A program made the translations under genes and the position numbers. The notes under the pieces are model-generated. The model saw only the letters and a program-made list of their open reading frames with translations. It did not search any database and was not told the DNA's origin. Below are positions 53,036-64,000 of a stretch of 64,000 bases of DNA, piece after piece (position 1 is the stretch's first letter; the number at the start of each line of letters is the position of its first letter). The stretch comes from Antedon mediterranea (taxonomy: Eukaryota > Animalia > Echinodermata): the NCBI RefSeq assembly GCF_964355755.1, contig NC_092671.1, forward strand, positions 36,404,304 through 36,468,303, given 5' to 3'.

Positions 53036-54062
53036 TCACACGTCAACCGGAGCCACAAATTGGAGGAGAGAAGAATGTCCTATCAGTAATGTTAAATTGA
53101 TTAAGCCGAAATTGTATTTATCTGTTTTTAGCATTTAAAAATATAATTTTTTTGGTGTGACGTCACGTCATCCAAATAAGGACACGCTATAAATTACGCC
53201 ATTTTTGCCGGTAAAGCGTAAGTTTCCACAAGATACGCAACGCAAGTACGTACGCGTAACGCAAGCTAGTAGATCAATCACAAGCCACGGTTCGAATAAT
53301 CCATCGCTTACGATTGGTCAAATATTGCAAAACGTCATTGCGTTACGTCGCTAGTGGGAATCAAGCTTAACTCATTACGGCGCACATCGCCGACAACAAC
53401 TGGAGTGTACAACTGGCAGAACACGCCGCGGAATTTTCAAACGTTTCTAATTCAGTAGGCCTACTATACTTTCAATTGCAACCTAAATTGTCTAACTCAT
53501 ATTAATACATCTTGCATAAAAATCTCCTTACCACAGTACTATATAAAACATTTTGCATTATGTATCTGACTATTAATTAACTTTTAAGCGTCTACCTAAT
53601 TGTGTCTGTTTTCTTTAACAACAAACATAAATGTTTATATCACAGAGCTCATTTACCGAAACGGTTTAATAAACCCTGCCAACAAATCCCCATCTCAGAC
53701 ACCTCACAAACATTCCCACTATCCAAGGGCAACACAACATGTTTACAACCACTAACATTATAAACTTATTTATTTATATAGCATAACTTCCAACATTCCC
53801 GTACATTAGTATATTGAATGATTTTGTCATGGTGTACAACGTAACCAAAATAACGAACTGGTTTAATAAACCGTGTTTACATGATGGTCTATATAATATT
53901 ACTAAATCCCACTTATCATCTTTAATAGTTCCGTTTACACTGGGTAAGATTAATTAAAACATACAAGACAGAAAAGTGCTGAAATGCATTAATTGTTTGA
54001 AATGAATGAACATACAACAGTTTGTGAGACAATCTGTCACGGGGACAACTTATTTTCACTTA

Positions 54063-54678
54063 CTAGATGGTACGCTCGCTTCGCTCGCGTACCATCTAGG
54101 TCGTGCCCACAGATGTGGTTCTCGAATACATAGTAATTTCAGCGTTAAAAAAACTGGCGACTTCAAATGTACATGCAGGACAATAATACATGTCGTTTAC
54201 AGGAACGAATAAATAAACACGGTGATTTATGTACTCAACTAAAATTAGCACACCGGGAATTACTTCCGAAAAAGAAACTTGTCACAAAATAAGAAACAAA
54301 CTGAATTTGTGTTTTGTATGTAACATTAGGGTTGAGGGATGGGGAAGAGGATGGGTGCAAAGACGAACAATGTTTAAATATATTCTTTATCGATTTAGTA
54401 ACGAAATATGAATTGGTTTCATGTTTACCACTAAACACAGTAAAACATTGCGATGTAATACTTTGTTGAAACTATCACCGTCCTAGTCGATTGAAATAGT
54501 ACAGTACATGTAACGATACATCACTAATACGATGTTTATATTTTTTTGTAGTTACATTATTAATTAATACAAACGTTCAGAAGAAACTGTCAGTAATAAA
54601 GTAAACACCTCTATTCGGGGCAAATCGTAAATTCGCTTTAATCGTCAATAAATAATTATCTAACTCAACTTAATTAGT
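54063..54678 (-). mobile_element. Non-autonomous Helitron copy, internally deleted and 5'-truncated
   Basis: Perfect terminal hairpin ctagatggtacgc...gcgtaccatctag followed by sequence collinear with 55651-56800, with a large gap. Confidence 0.75.
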
Positions 54679-55650
54679 AGGCCTAATGGTCAATTGTTTC
54701 ATAGAGCCAATTCATACTTAAGTTGTTTCCTAACCACCAAAGTTGTTCTGCGTTTAGGGCATGTACTGATCCTTCGTACTGTAGGTCTGTCCTCTACTGG
54801 CTTTACAACGCTACTCATGCCAGTGAGGGGGAGGGTGGTGGTGTTGGTGGTGGTTTAGCTGCAATAATAAAGTTGATTGTACATAACAGACGGCGACTGG
54901 AAAGGCTAGCTGATTATGCGTTAAAAAAAAGATTCCACAGATTGGAAAAAAAATGTATCGAATTTCTGTTATGACTGTACTTGTCTTTACGACGCCTGAA
55001 TTTATATATAGATAATTATAATTGTATAGAGTTATTTCTTAGAAAATAGCTTACAATATGTCTTTATATTCATGCATTGGATATTCTGGTGGGATAGTGA
55101 CACATCGGTGTACTTTTAGCGAAAAAAAATATTACGCAATAAATTATTTAAACTGAAAAATTGCAAAATGTATTTATATCATCATAGAGAATATTTTTTA
55201 CTCAGATACTATACTAAAGTAAAGGTTGTATGATAAAGCCTAGACATCACCACTCACACATTACTGAAATAACATTCAACTATCTGGTAATGAATGGAAT
55301 ATGATATATTTTTTTTATTTTCCACAAATAAAACTATTGTCAAATATACAAAGTACTCTTATTATTACAAATTAGTTTGTTTAAATATAATCACCCAGTA
55401 ATAAATTATAAATAATATTATAGCAAATATAGTATATGCTACTTTATAGTAATAACTATTGCTTAAGTCCAGTACCGAACTACATATATAATATAACGTT
55501 TAGAATACTGAATCAGCTTTAAAAACTATCTACCAAACAGTAAAAAATAGCCCTAATACCTGAGATGTAAAAGGTTAGTTTTTTTTTCAAAAGTTTTGAA
55601 CTTCTCTCTTTCTGGCTGATTATTTTCGATTTTATTAAGAATTTTGTCTA

Positions 55651-56937
55651 CTAGATGGCACGCTCGCTTCGCTCGCGTACCATCTAGGTCGTGCCCACAG
55701 ATGGTTCTCGAATACACAGTATTTCCAGCGAGAAAAAAATGGAGATTTCAAATGAACTGCAGGACTATAATACATTTTCGTTTACAGAAACGAATAAATA
55801 TACACAATGATTTATGTAGTCAACCAAAATTAGCACCCTGGGAATTACTTCCGAGAGAGAAACAAAATGAGTCAATTTTTTTATTTGGACTCATTTAAAC
55901 AAACCCAATTTGTGTTTTGTATGTAACATTAAGGGTTGAGGGATGGGGGAAGAAGATAGGTACAAAGAGGAAACATTTTAAAATATATTCTTATCCACTC
56001 AGTAACGAAATATTGTTTTTAATGTTTTATAGGCCTATAAATAATATACCACTAAATACAGTAAAACATTTACGATTTAATACTTTGTTAAAACTCTCAC
56101 TGTCATAGTCGATTGAAATAGTAAAGTACATGTAACGATACACCACTACGACGTTTATATATTTTTAAATTATTAATTAATACAAACGTTGAGAAGCAAC
56201 TGTCAGTAATAACGTTTATTTATTTGTATATTATATGTTTATAATCTAACAGTAGGGCCTACCCACACTCACAGTAATAAAGTTTATTTGTATATTTGTT
56301 TATATTATATCTAACAGTACCAACACTCACAGTAAGAAATTTGCGATTCAAATTGCGATCAAAAGTGGTTAATACCTTAACAGTATTGTACAGCATTGCA
56401 ATACTATTTATGTTTATTCTCAAAGGGGGCCCATAAATCTAAATCTATACCTCTATGGTTAAACCAAATAATTTGGAATGTTCCATTCATCACAAATCAA
56501 TACATTTGTAAAAACGTAAATTAAATCTATCAAAATAGTATTTTTTAAAGAAAATCGGCCTGTCTTCAACATTATGATGCTGTACTCGAGCAGTTCAATC
56601 GGTTTTCAGCTATTAAAAACAATTATCGTAGGAGGAGATAGGAAAATGCGAAGCGTCCTCGTATTATTGTGTGCGGGTATTTTTCAAGTTGGACATCCAT
56701 TAGACAGTGTATACCACGATCGGAAAACACCCCTATTTGGGGCAAATCGTTGAACCTAAATTCGTTTTAATCGTCAATAACTAATTATCTAACTCAATTT
56801 AATTAGTAAACAGGGTTACATCAGGTGGTTAAAATCAGTACCGAAATTACGAACCAACTTTATATACCATCGAGTAAAAATTCTAGAAATAAACCGCGAT
56901 TTATCGAATTTTGCCCTTACGTAAATTTATATATAGA
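55651..56937 (-). mobile_element. Non-autonomous Helitron, full length (~1.29 kb)
   Basis: The minus strand reads A|TCTATATAT...CTAG|T (canonical 5'-TC and 3'-CTAG ends in an AT target). Terminal GC-rich hairpin ctagatgg(c/t)acgc-tcgcttcgctc-gcgtaccatctag. Homologous to 54063-54678 and 62617-63920. Confidence 0.8.
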
Positions 56938-56942
56938 TTGTA

Positions 56943-56959
56943 CCAAACAGATGGCGCTA
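56943..56959 (+). promoter_or_regulatory. CTCF-like motif upstream of the FLVCR-like gene
   Basis: ccaaacagatggcgcta resembles the CCASYAGRKGGCRS consensus; motif match only. Confidence 0.3.
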
Positions 56960-57854
56960 TTCATGAATGAACATTAACACAACTTGTTCCTTCCATTTCG
57001 TCGCCTTTCCCTTTTTTGCATTCTCTCTTTGAAACGAACTGCCACCTTTTGTCAAATATTCATTTAAAACTAATTTAAAAACTCATCTATTTAGCAAATT
57101 ACAGGATACGTTGACATTTTGTTTTAATTGGCGTAATATAAATGTTTGATTATAAAATGTATGTTTGATGAGTACTGTATCTACATTCACATGGGCCTAC
57201 CAGGCATTAAAGGCACACAATAAAAAAGATTTATCTATTTAGTGCTTTAAAATTGAAAAATAAAACGGCAAAGAAATAATAGTTCAATAAAATACGGTAA
57301 CATTATTACATGGTATGGTGAGACTCAAGCGAATTCAAGACATTTTGGAAAGATAACTTTAAAACTGTAGGCCTAATGTAAAAGGTTCAAACGCATCAGG
57401 TCGGTGATTATAAGCTACCTTATCAGTCAGTTAAGTATGATTTTCAATTTGATCCATGATTTTAGGGGAATGAAGTGAGTCATGACTTTATAAAATTAAA
57501 GTCAGGACCTATCCTACATTTGACTTAAGCTGCTATTTATATCAAAAGTGTTACAATTTGTGAAAAGTACACAATTATTATTGTACCAGCGGTGACTTTT
57601 TTTAAAAATACTAGTATTTTTTCCAAAAAGGATTAGTTAATGATTTGGTTTGGCCATGAGAGTATATTATCGCTGTCGAAATGTAATGGTATCGCTTCAA
57701 CCGATAAGTTGTAAAGAAGAACACTGTATTATTATTTGTTAAGTTGAATACTAATCCGGTTGAAAATTGGAAAATAAAGCACCGTATAACACGCATCACT
57801 ACATCAGTAGAAAGATTGATCTGTAGCCTATGACTATTTTGTATTTAGTTCATC

Positions 57855-60800
57855 ATGGAAGACAAGCCTGAAAAGTCGTGTTTGCTGGTTGATGAATCTG
57901 GCTGTAAGCTTTACAAACGGCGATGGATTATGCTGGCTAACTTTGGTCTTTTTACGACGACAAACTTGTTTATGTGGGTACAATATGCTGCAATATCTGA
58001 CGTAGTAGCTGAACATTACGACGTTTCAACGAACACCGTTGATTTACTAAACTCCACGTATAGTATAGCTTACATAGTTTTTATTGTGCCAGTTATGTTG
58101 ATAACCGAAAGATTTGGCTTAAGAACTATTATAATGCTCGGTACTAGTTTACAATGTGTTGGATCATGGTTTCGGTTTATTGGGACATCACAGGATTCAT
58201 TACTTCTACATTTTATTGGTCAGTCCATGTGTGGAGCAGCAGGGCCGTCTGTCATGGGGATGGCGCCACAAGTTGCAGGGACATGGTTTGGGATTGAGGA
58301 AGTATCTTTTGCATCTGCCTTAGGTTTTATTGGAATTGAGGTAGGAATAATTTACTATTATTACTATTACTTATCACTTTTAAGTGAATATTAAAACATT
58401 CAATTATGTTGTTTGAGTTGATTGGGAATAATTCTGCATTAATTAATCATACCATTGTGTTTTTAGGTGGGGATTGGTATGGCCTATATTTTACCCTCAT
58501 ACTTCGTACAAGGACCAGATATTGGACATCAAATAAAATATTATTTCTTATTCACTGCAATAGTGATGACGATATTAATGTTGATTACTGCATTTGGTAA
58601 GATTTATGAACTGTGTGTTAATTAATATGAAATCAGCAAGTATATTGTGAATTTCAATTGCTACAATCATGGCTACATTTGATTGAAAACCAATATGATG
58701 CACTGTTTATTTTAAGTGGGCCTACATACGATAATCCTGCTCTCTGAAATTGACAAAAGATGGATTATTGCTTTGAATTATGGGATTGTTTTTATTGGAT
58801 AAGGAGGATAGTTGAAGGATCATATTTTTTTTCTTTTTGTTTTCAGTATTTGAGAACAAGCCACCCCTTCCTCCAAGCAAACCTCGGATGAATGTGAAAA
58901 AAGCCGGGAAAAAGGACAATTTCCTGCAGTCAGTTAAATACATTCTGAGCAACAGGAATTATTTACTATTATTGGTAGCATTCGGTACTTAGAAAATTAA
59001 TGTTTTCCGTTGATAAGTGAAGTGCTATTCAGAGATATAAATTGTTATTCATGTTACTTTTATATTATTTTCATCATATTAATTAACCATAAATGTTTGA
59101 TTAAATTGTTTTAAATAAATACCATAAAGCATTAACATAATATACGTATCATATTTTCAGGTATAAACGTTGGGTTCCTCAATACAATAGGCCTAGTATT
59201 GAAAGACTTTTTGAGCTCAACGTATACGGTATGTATTTTAATTAGTATACGGTAGTGATAGCCAATCGTTTTAATTTAATATTCATTTCCACAATATAAT
59301 GACATACAGGATAATATATACAATGAAGTAATCATGTTGGGGGTGGGGGGGGGGGGGCGGTCATATAAGTCAGAAAGACTTTAAGTTTGACCCACCCCAA
59401 GATCACATTAAAAACGAATATGAAAACGAAAAAAATAAAAATACATAAACTTAAAATAAATAAAAGAAAACAAAGCATCATGTTGTCTTAAAATTAATAC
59501 AACTTATATTATTATCTATTTTCATTATTAATATTGGTATTGGTAATATTGGTAATATTATTTTATTCATTATTTATATAGTAAAAAAATATATTAGTTG
59601 GGAAGGTGGGTGCAATGGTAGGCAGGAGGGCGGGGTCTAATATTTATATTGAGACAAAACAAACATAGTTTTCTTTTTTTATACTTATAATTAATAGGAC
59701 AGTTCAACCATCTTGAGTCATCTTGGTATAGCAAAGATTTTGTGTGGAGTATCTGGGCCACTGATTTCAGGAATCTGGCTCGATAGGTCAAAATATTTCA
59801 GGTAATAATTCTTTTAATCGGTCTCATTTTCGGTACAATTTTTTCCTAATTAATTAATATCAATATCACATCCTCTCAATTTTACGAACTCGCAGCTCCA
59901 CTTAAGTTACATTTGAAAGAACGAAGATGGTTTGTAAATAATATATTATGATAATAAGGCTATTTTAATTCTTATAGGGTAACAACAATTGTGCTTTCTA
60001 TTCTGATTGCCACCTCGGTATTATTATTTGCAATTTCATTGGCTAATGCCACTAAATTGCTTACTACAATATCTATAGGAATATTTTTGTAAGTATTTTG
60101 AAGTTATTGTTTTACGTTAGGCTCTGTTTACACTATCACTTTATGTGACAAAACAATGTGATATGCCCATATATTGATATGACGATGTCATATCAGTATC
60201 ATTTTTAAGCATAACACTACCATATTTGGGAACATCACACGTTTTTGTCACATAAAGTTTGATAGTGTAGACAGAGCTTTATGGGCCTTATATATTAAAT
60301 ATGTATTGTCCCTTGAAACACAAAAAATGAAAGTCAAAATATTCTAAATTTAAATTGGCAATAGCAAATAGCAAAAGTAATATTAAAGTTATTCACTTTA
60401 AGTCGAAAATTTGAGCCAAAAAACAACCAGTTTACGTAATTAACAGGTAATTTAATTTGATTACATTTCATCTGGAAAATCGTCGCGAATAAAACTAAAC
60501 AAAGATTTCAAACCACAAGTATGCATTATGCATGATGTTAATTAGGATTGTTTACAACCCGTCATGGTTGAGAAGGTGTTTTCACACAGATTGCGAGGAA
60601 ATTTTATGATTATGCATACAGAGTAGCCAAAAAAGCGCGTTGCATTATGAGATATGTTTTGATCGAAAACTTTGACTGGAAGTCAAAGTTTTTTTTTGAA
60701 CAAAAAAACGTCTGTATTTCAGTTAAATTTTTTTTTTCGACAAATTTTTGGTGAAATTTAATCATTTTTATGATACTTCAAAATGACCCATTTTTTTCGA

Positions 60801-61115
60801 AATATTTTTTTAATAATTTTTTTGGAATTAGTCAAAGGGACAATACATCTTTAAGTAGATAGCATCTTTCATATTTGACAGATATAACCAAACCATATGT
60901 TATGATGGTTTAATAACAATTATTATAATAATGTTAGTTTCTTTTACTTCAAGTGTTTTTATATCCTCGTTTTTTGTCGTTGCAACTGAACATGCTGTAG
61001 AAGTAACGTATCCAGAATCTGAGGTAATGTCCTCAGGAATTCTAAACACTACTGGTTTTGTAAGTAATTTTCCTTACTATGTCAGAAAGTAAACGTCTAA
61101 AGCGTTTATTTCGGT

Positions 61116-61161
<46 letters not shown>

Positions 61162-61971
61162 AAATCAGGCATAGAACATTAATTCTAAACCGCCCGGTAA
61201 TATACTGAAATTTTAATTAATTAATTTGAAACGATAAAGATGAGGAAATCTGTGAGAATGAGAAAAAGTCGCCCAAACCGAGACTCGAACTCGGACCGCC
61301 TGCTTGATATGCAGATGTCCTAACCATTAGACCACTGGGGCTTTCATGGTATTGTTCGAACTCGATTGGATAACGACTCTTTAACATTCTCGGCGTGGTA
61401 CGGCGGAACAGCACTAGTCCTCAGTTGTACGCACGCGCAACAGAGATCAAATTGATACGCCCTCATCTTTCAGTATTTTTATTCACGAGGTGGGATCTCC
61501 GAAGAGATACTTTTATATATATATAAACACAAGAGGCAAAGAACATTAATTCTAAACCGCCCGGTGATATACTGAAATTTAAGTAATTAATTTGAAACGA
61601 TAAAGCAGAGGAAATCTGTGAGAATGAGAAAATTTTCAAAACGATAAAGTAAACAGCCAGAAAAGTTAGCAGAGCTTTCGGGCAACACCAGCCCTTCATC
61701 AGCTTTTTCTCATTCTCACAGATTTCCTCATCTTTATCGTTTCAAATGAATTAATTAAATTTCAGTATATCACCGGGCGGTTTAGAATTAATGTTCTTTG
61801 CCTGATGTGTTTATATATATATATATATATCAATGTCAATGGAGTTGTTTTTCTTTTAGGCCGTTGCATTGTTGATGATGTTTACAATTGATGTTATCTT
61901 GTCTGATCAAACTGTTTTTTTCAAGGCATGTTTTTGTTTTCTAATTCTCATCATTCCAGTTATAACTTCAG
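57855..61971 (+). CDS. FLVCR/SLC49-family major facilitator superfamily transporter (heme/choline/ethanolamine transporter-like), 3' end incomplete
   Basis: Exons 57855-58340, 58467-58596, 58847-58984, 59161-59228, 59698-59801, 59978-60088, 60954-61059, 61860-61971 are GT-AG and phase-consistent (~418 codons). Family motifs seen: KLYKRRWIML, WVQYA, GTWFGIEEVS.ASALG, KPPLPPS, GIWLDRSK, EVTYPESE.MSSGILN. The terminal exon was not found in the window. FLVCR1 vs FLVCR2 orthology cannot be assigned. Confidence 0.88.
60120..60278. mobile_element. MITE family B copy in an FLVCR intron
   Basis: tta|ggctctgtttacactatca...tgatagtgtagacagagct|tta. Confidence 0.85.
60299..60850. mobile_element. TTAA-flanked non-autonomous DNA transposon, second copy
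   Basis: Collinear with 30919-31466, with TTAA on both sides. Confidence 0.8.
61125..61158. repeat. (TA)n microsatellite
   Basis: Direct reading; shorter TA runs at ~61515 and ~61813-61830. Confidence 0.95.
61270..61341 (-). pseudogene. tRNA-like sequence (Asp-like, anticodon ATC), probably the Pol III head of a repeat element
   Basis: 72-nt cloverleaf: GCCCCAG/TTTGGGC acceptor stem with one mismatch, GTCTAATGGTTAGGAC D-arm, TCTGC-ATATCAA-GCAGG anticodon arm, CCGAG-TTCGAGT-CTCGG T-arm, followed by TTTTT. A at position 32 and an ATC anticodon are atypical. Confidence 0.7.
61659..61710 (-). ncRNA. Minimal type I hammerhead ribozyme motif (Penelope/retrozyme-like)
   Basis: Minus strand AGAAAAAG-CUGAUGA-A-GGGC-UGGUGUU-GCCC-GAAA-GC-UCU-GC-UA-A-CUUUUCU has both core boxes, stem II, a short stem III, a UH site and an imperfect stem I. 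Confidence 0.65.
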
Positions 61972-62616
61972 GTAAGTTTTGTATCTGAAACAAGCTCAAT
62001 TGTTTAGAGTGTTTTGAAGAGGTTTCCAATATTTTCGCTGGTATCAACATAACTGTTTCATGAAGTGCATTTCATGAATGATAAATGGAGGATTGTTTGA
62101 ATTGCGTACATGCCACATGTTTAGAATGTGAAACATGTTTCATATCTAAACATGTTTACTCGGCTAAATGTATGGAAAAAGTGAGTACAAAATACATGTT
62201 TAAGATCTAAACACTATTTTTACAGTGTATATGTGTGTTTTTATATATACAGTGTGTATAACTAGTAATAACAGAAGACAGGATGCTGACACGGACAACT
62301 ACCAAGAAGAAGACAACTCTTTGGCGGTCACTAAGTTGATGGAAAGCACGCTGGATTGAAAATGAAAATAAATGATGGGTACGGGGCGCCGTCCGGGACA
62401 TTACTCATTTTGTCGACATAATACAATTGTGTGACACATAAAGAAAATAAGATGCCAGGGAGAGAATTTCTTCTGAATTGGAAGAAAGTTGTTGATCATT
62501 ATATAAGATAAAGTAATTATATCAGGAAAATGTATATACATATCATATTTATTTAATTGATAAAAGAGAATCGTATGACCAAAGAAGAATACGAGAAGCC
62601 GTGATTGTGTTTTACA

Positions 62617-63920
62617 AGGTCGTGTTCATAGATGGTCTACGAATATACATTAATTCCACCGAGATAAAACTGGCGATTTAAAATGTACGTACCGCAGGAC
62701 TATAATACATTATCGTTTACAAAAATGAATGAATAGACACGGTGATTTATGTACTCAACTAAAATTAGCACCCTGAGGATTACTTCCGAAAGAAAAACAA
62801 AATGAATCAAAATGTTTTATTTGGACTCATTTAAACAAACCCAATTTGTGTTTTGTATATTATAACAGTAGGGTTAAGGGATGGAGAAGTAACAATTTTT
62901 AAACATATTCTTATCCACTCAGTAACAAAATATTTAGTCATGTTTTATAGGCCTATAAATAATATACCACTAAATACAGTAAAACATTTGCGATTTAATA
63001 CTTTGTTAAACTGTCACTGTCATAGTCGATTGAAATAGTAAAGTACATGTAACGATACACCACAACAATGTTTATATTTTTTGTAATTATTAATTAATAC
63101 AAACGTTGAGAATCAACTGTCAGTAATAAAGTGTATTTGTATATTATGTGTTTTATAATCTAACAGTAGGGCCTACCCACACTCACAGTAATAAAGTTTA
63201 TTTGTATATGTGTTTATAATCTAACAGTAGGGGCTACCCACACTCATAGTAATAAAGTTTATTTGCATATATTTTGTTTATATTATATCTAACAGTACCA
63301 AAACTCACAGTAAGAAATTTGCAATTCAAATGGCGATCAAAAGTATTACAATACATATTTACAGTATTGTACAGCATTACAATACTATTTATGTTTATTC
63401 TCCAAGGGCCCATAAATTGACCTACTTGTGTTAAACCATGGATGTATACCTCTATGGTTTAAACTAAATAATTTGGAATATTCAATTCATCGCAAATCAA
63501 TACATTTGTATAAACGTATATTAAATCTATCAACATAGTATTTTTTTAAAGAAAATTGGTCTTTAACATTATGATGCTGTAATCGAGCTGTTCGAACGGT
63601 TTTCAGCTATTACAAACAATTATCGTAAGAGGAGATAGAAAATGCGAAGCAGTCTTGTATTATTGTGTGAGGGTATTTTTCAAGATGGGCATCTATTAGA
63701 CAGTGTATACGACGATCGGAAAACACCTCTATTTGGGGCAAATACCTAAAATTAGTTTTAATCGTCAATAACAAACTTTCTAACTCAATTTAATTAGTAA
63801 AACAGGGTTATATTAGGTGGTTAAAATCAGTAAGTACGAACCAACTTTATATACCGTCGAGTAAAAATTCTAGAAATAAGGCGCGATTTACAGAATTTTG
63901 CCCTTAAAGTTATATATAGA
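62617..63920 (-). mobile_element. Non-autonomous Helitron copy lacking the 3' hairpin
   Basis: Collinear with 55686-56937, ends tatatataga|t, and carries an extra copy of an internal ~60-bp repeat (63120-63310). Confidence 0.75.
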
Positions 63921-64000
63921 TACTGCTTTGGTGGTCCAAAGAACTTCGAAGTCGGGTAGAGGGTAACATGACGCAAATAGGTTTTGTCTATTTTATTCTA

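Noticed and set aside
55644-56108. Short ORFs repeated near 54006, 55644, 55917 and 62853
   Set aside because: They fall inside non-autonomous Helitron copies and their frames are not conserved between copies.
61270-61341. Functional tRNA-Asp gene
   Set aside because: Acceptor stem mismatch, atypical anticodon loop and embedding in a repeat element make a tRNA-derived repeat or pseudogene more likely.

Overview
This is AT-rich, intron-rich eukaryotic (metazoan, probably invertebrate) DNA with no prokaryotic features. (1) Most of the window (<1-49374, minus strand) is one giant gene. I assembled 39 coding exons by hand; all have GT-AG boundaries and consistent intron phases, totalling 15,354 nt (5,118 codons), and the frame is still open at the left edge. 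The protein has an N-terminal signal peptide, ten ~400-450 aa Gly/His-rich super-repeats, a block of a second shorter repeat, and two discoidin/galactose-binding-like domains inserted into repeat loops. (2) A divergently transcribed FLVCR/SLC49-family MFS transporter gene lies on the plus strand (57855-61971, last exon not found). (3) Introns and intergenic DNA are full of mobile DNA: a 9.4-kb head-to-tail array of six mosaic Helentron/Helitron-like units, three Helitron copies, two PIF/Harbinger-type MITE families (one copy expanded by a 44-bp tandem repeat), TTAA-flanked MITEs, tRNA-derived SINEs, RTE/L2/Rex1-type LINE remnants nested in a large inverted repeat, 20-51 bp micro-elements with 8-bp TSDs, and an 85-bp perfect palindrome. 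A ~700-bp fold-back element in an FLVCR intron combines a tRNA-like unit with a minimal hammerhead ribozyme motif. All calls were made by eye without database searches.
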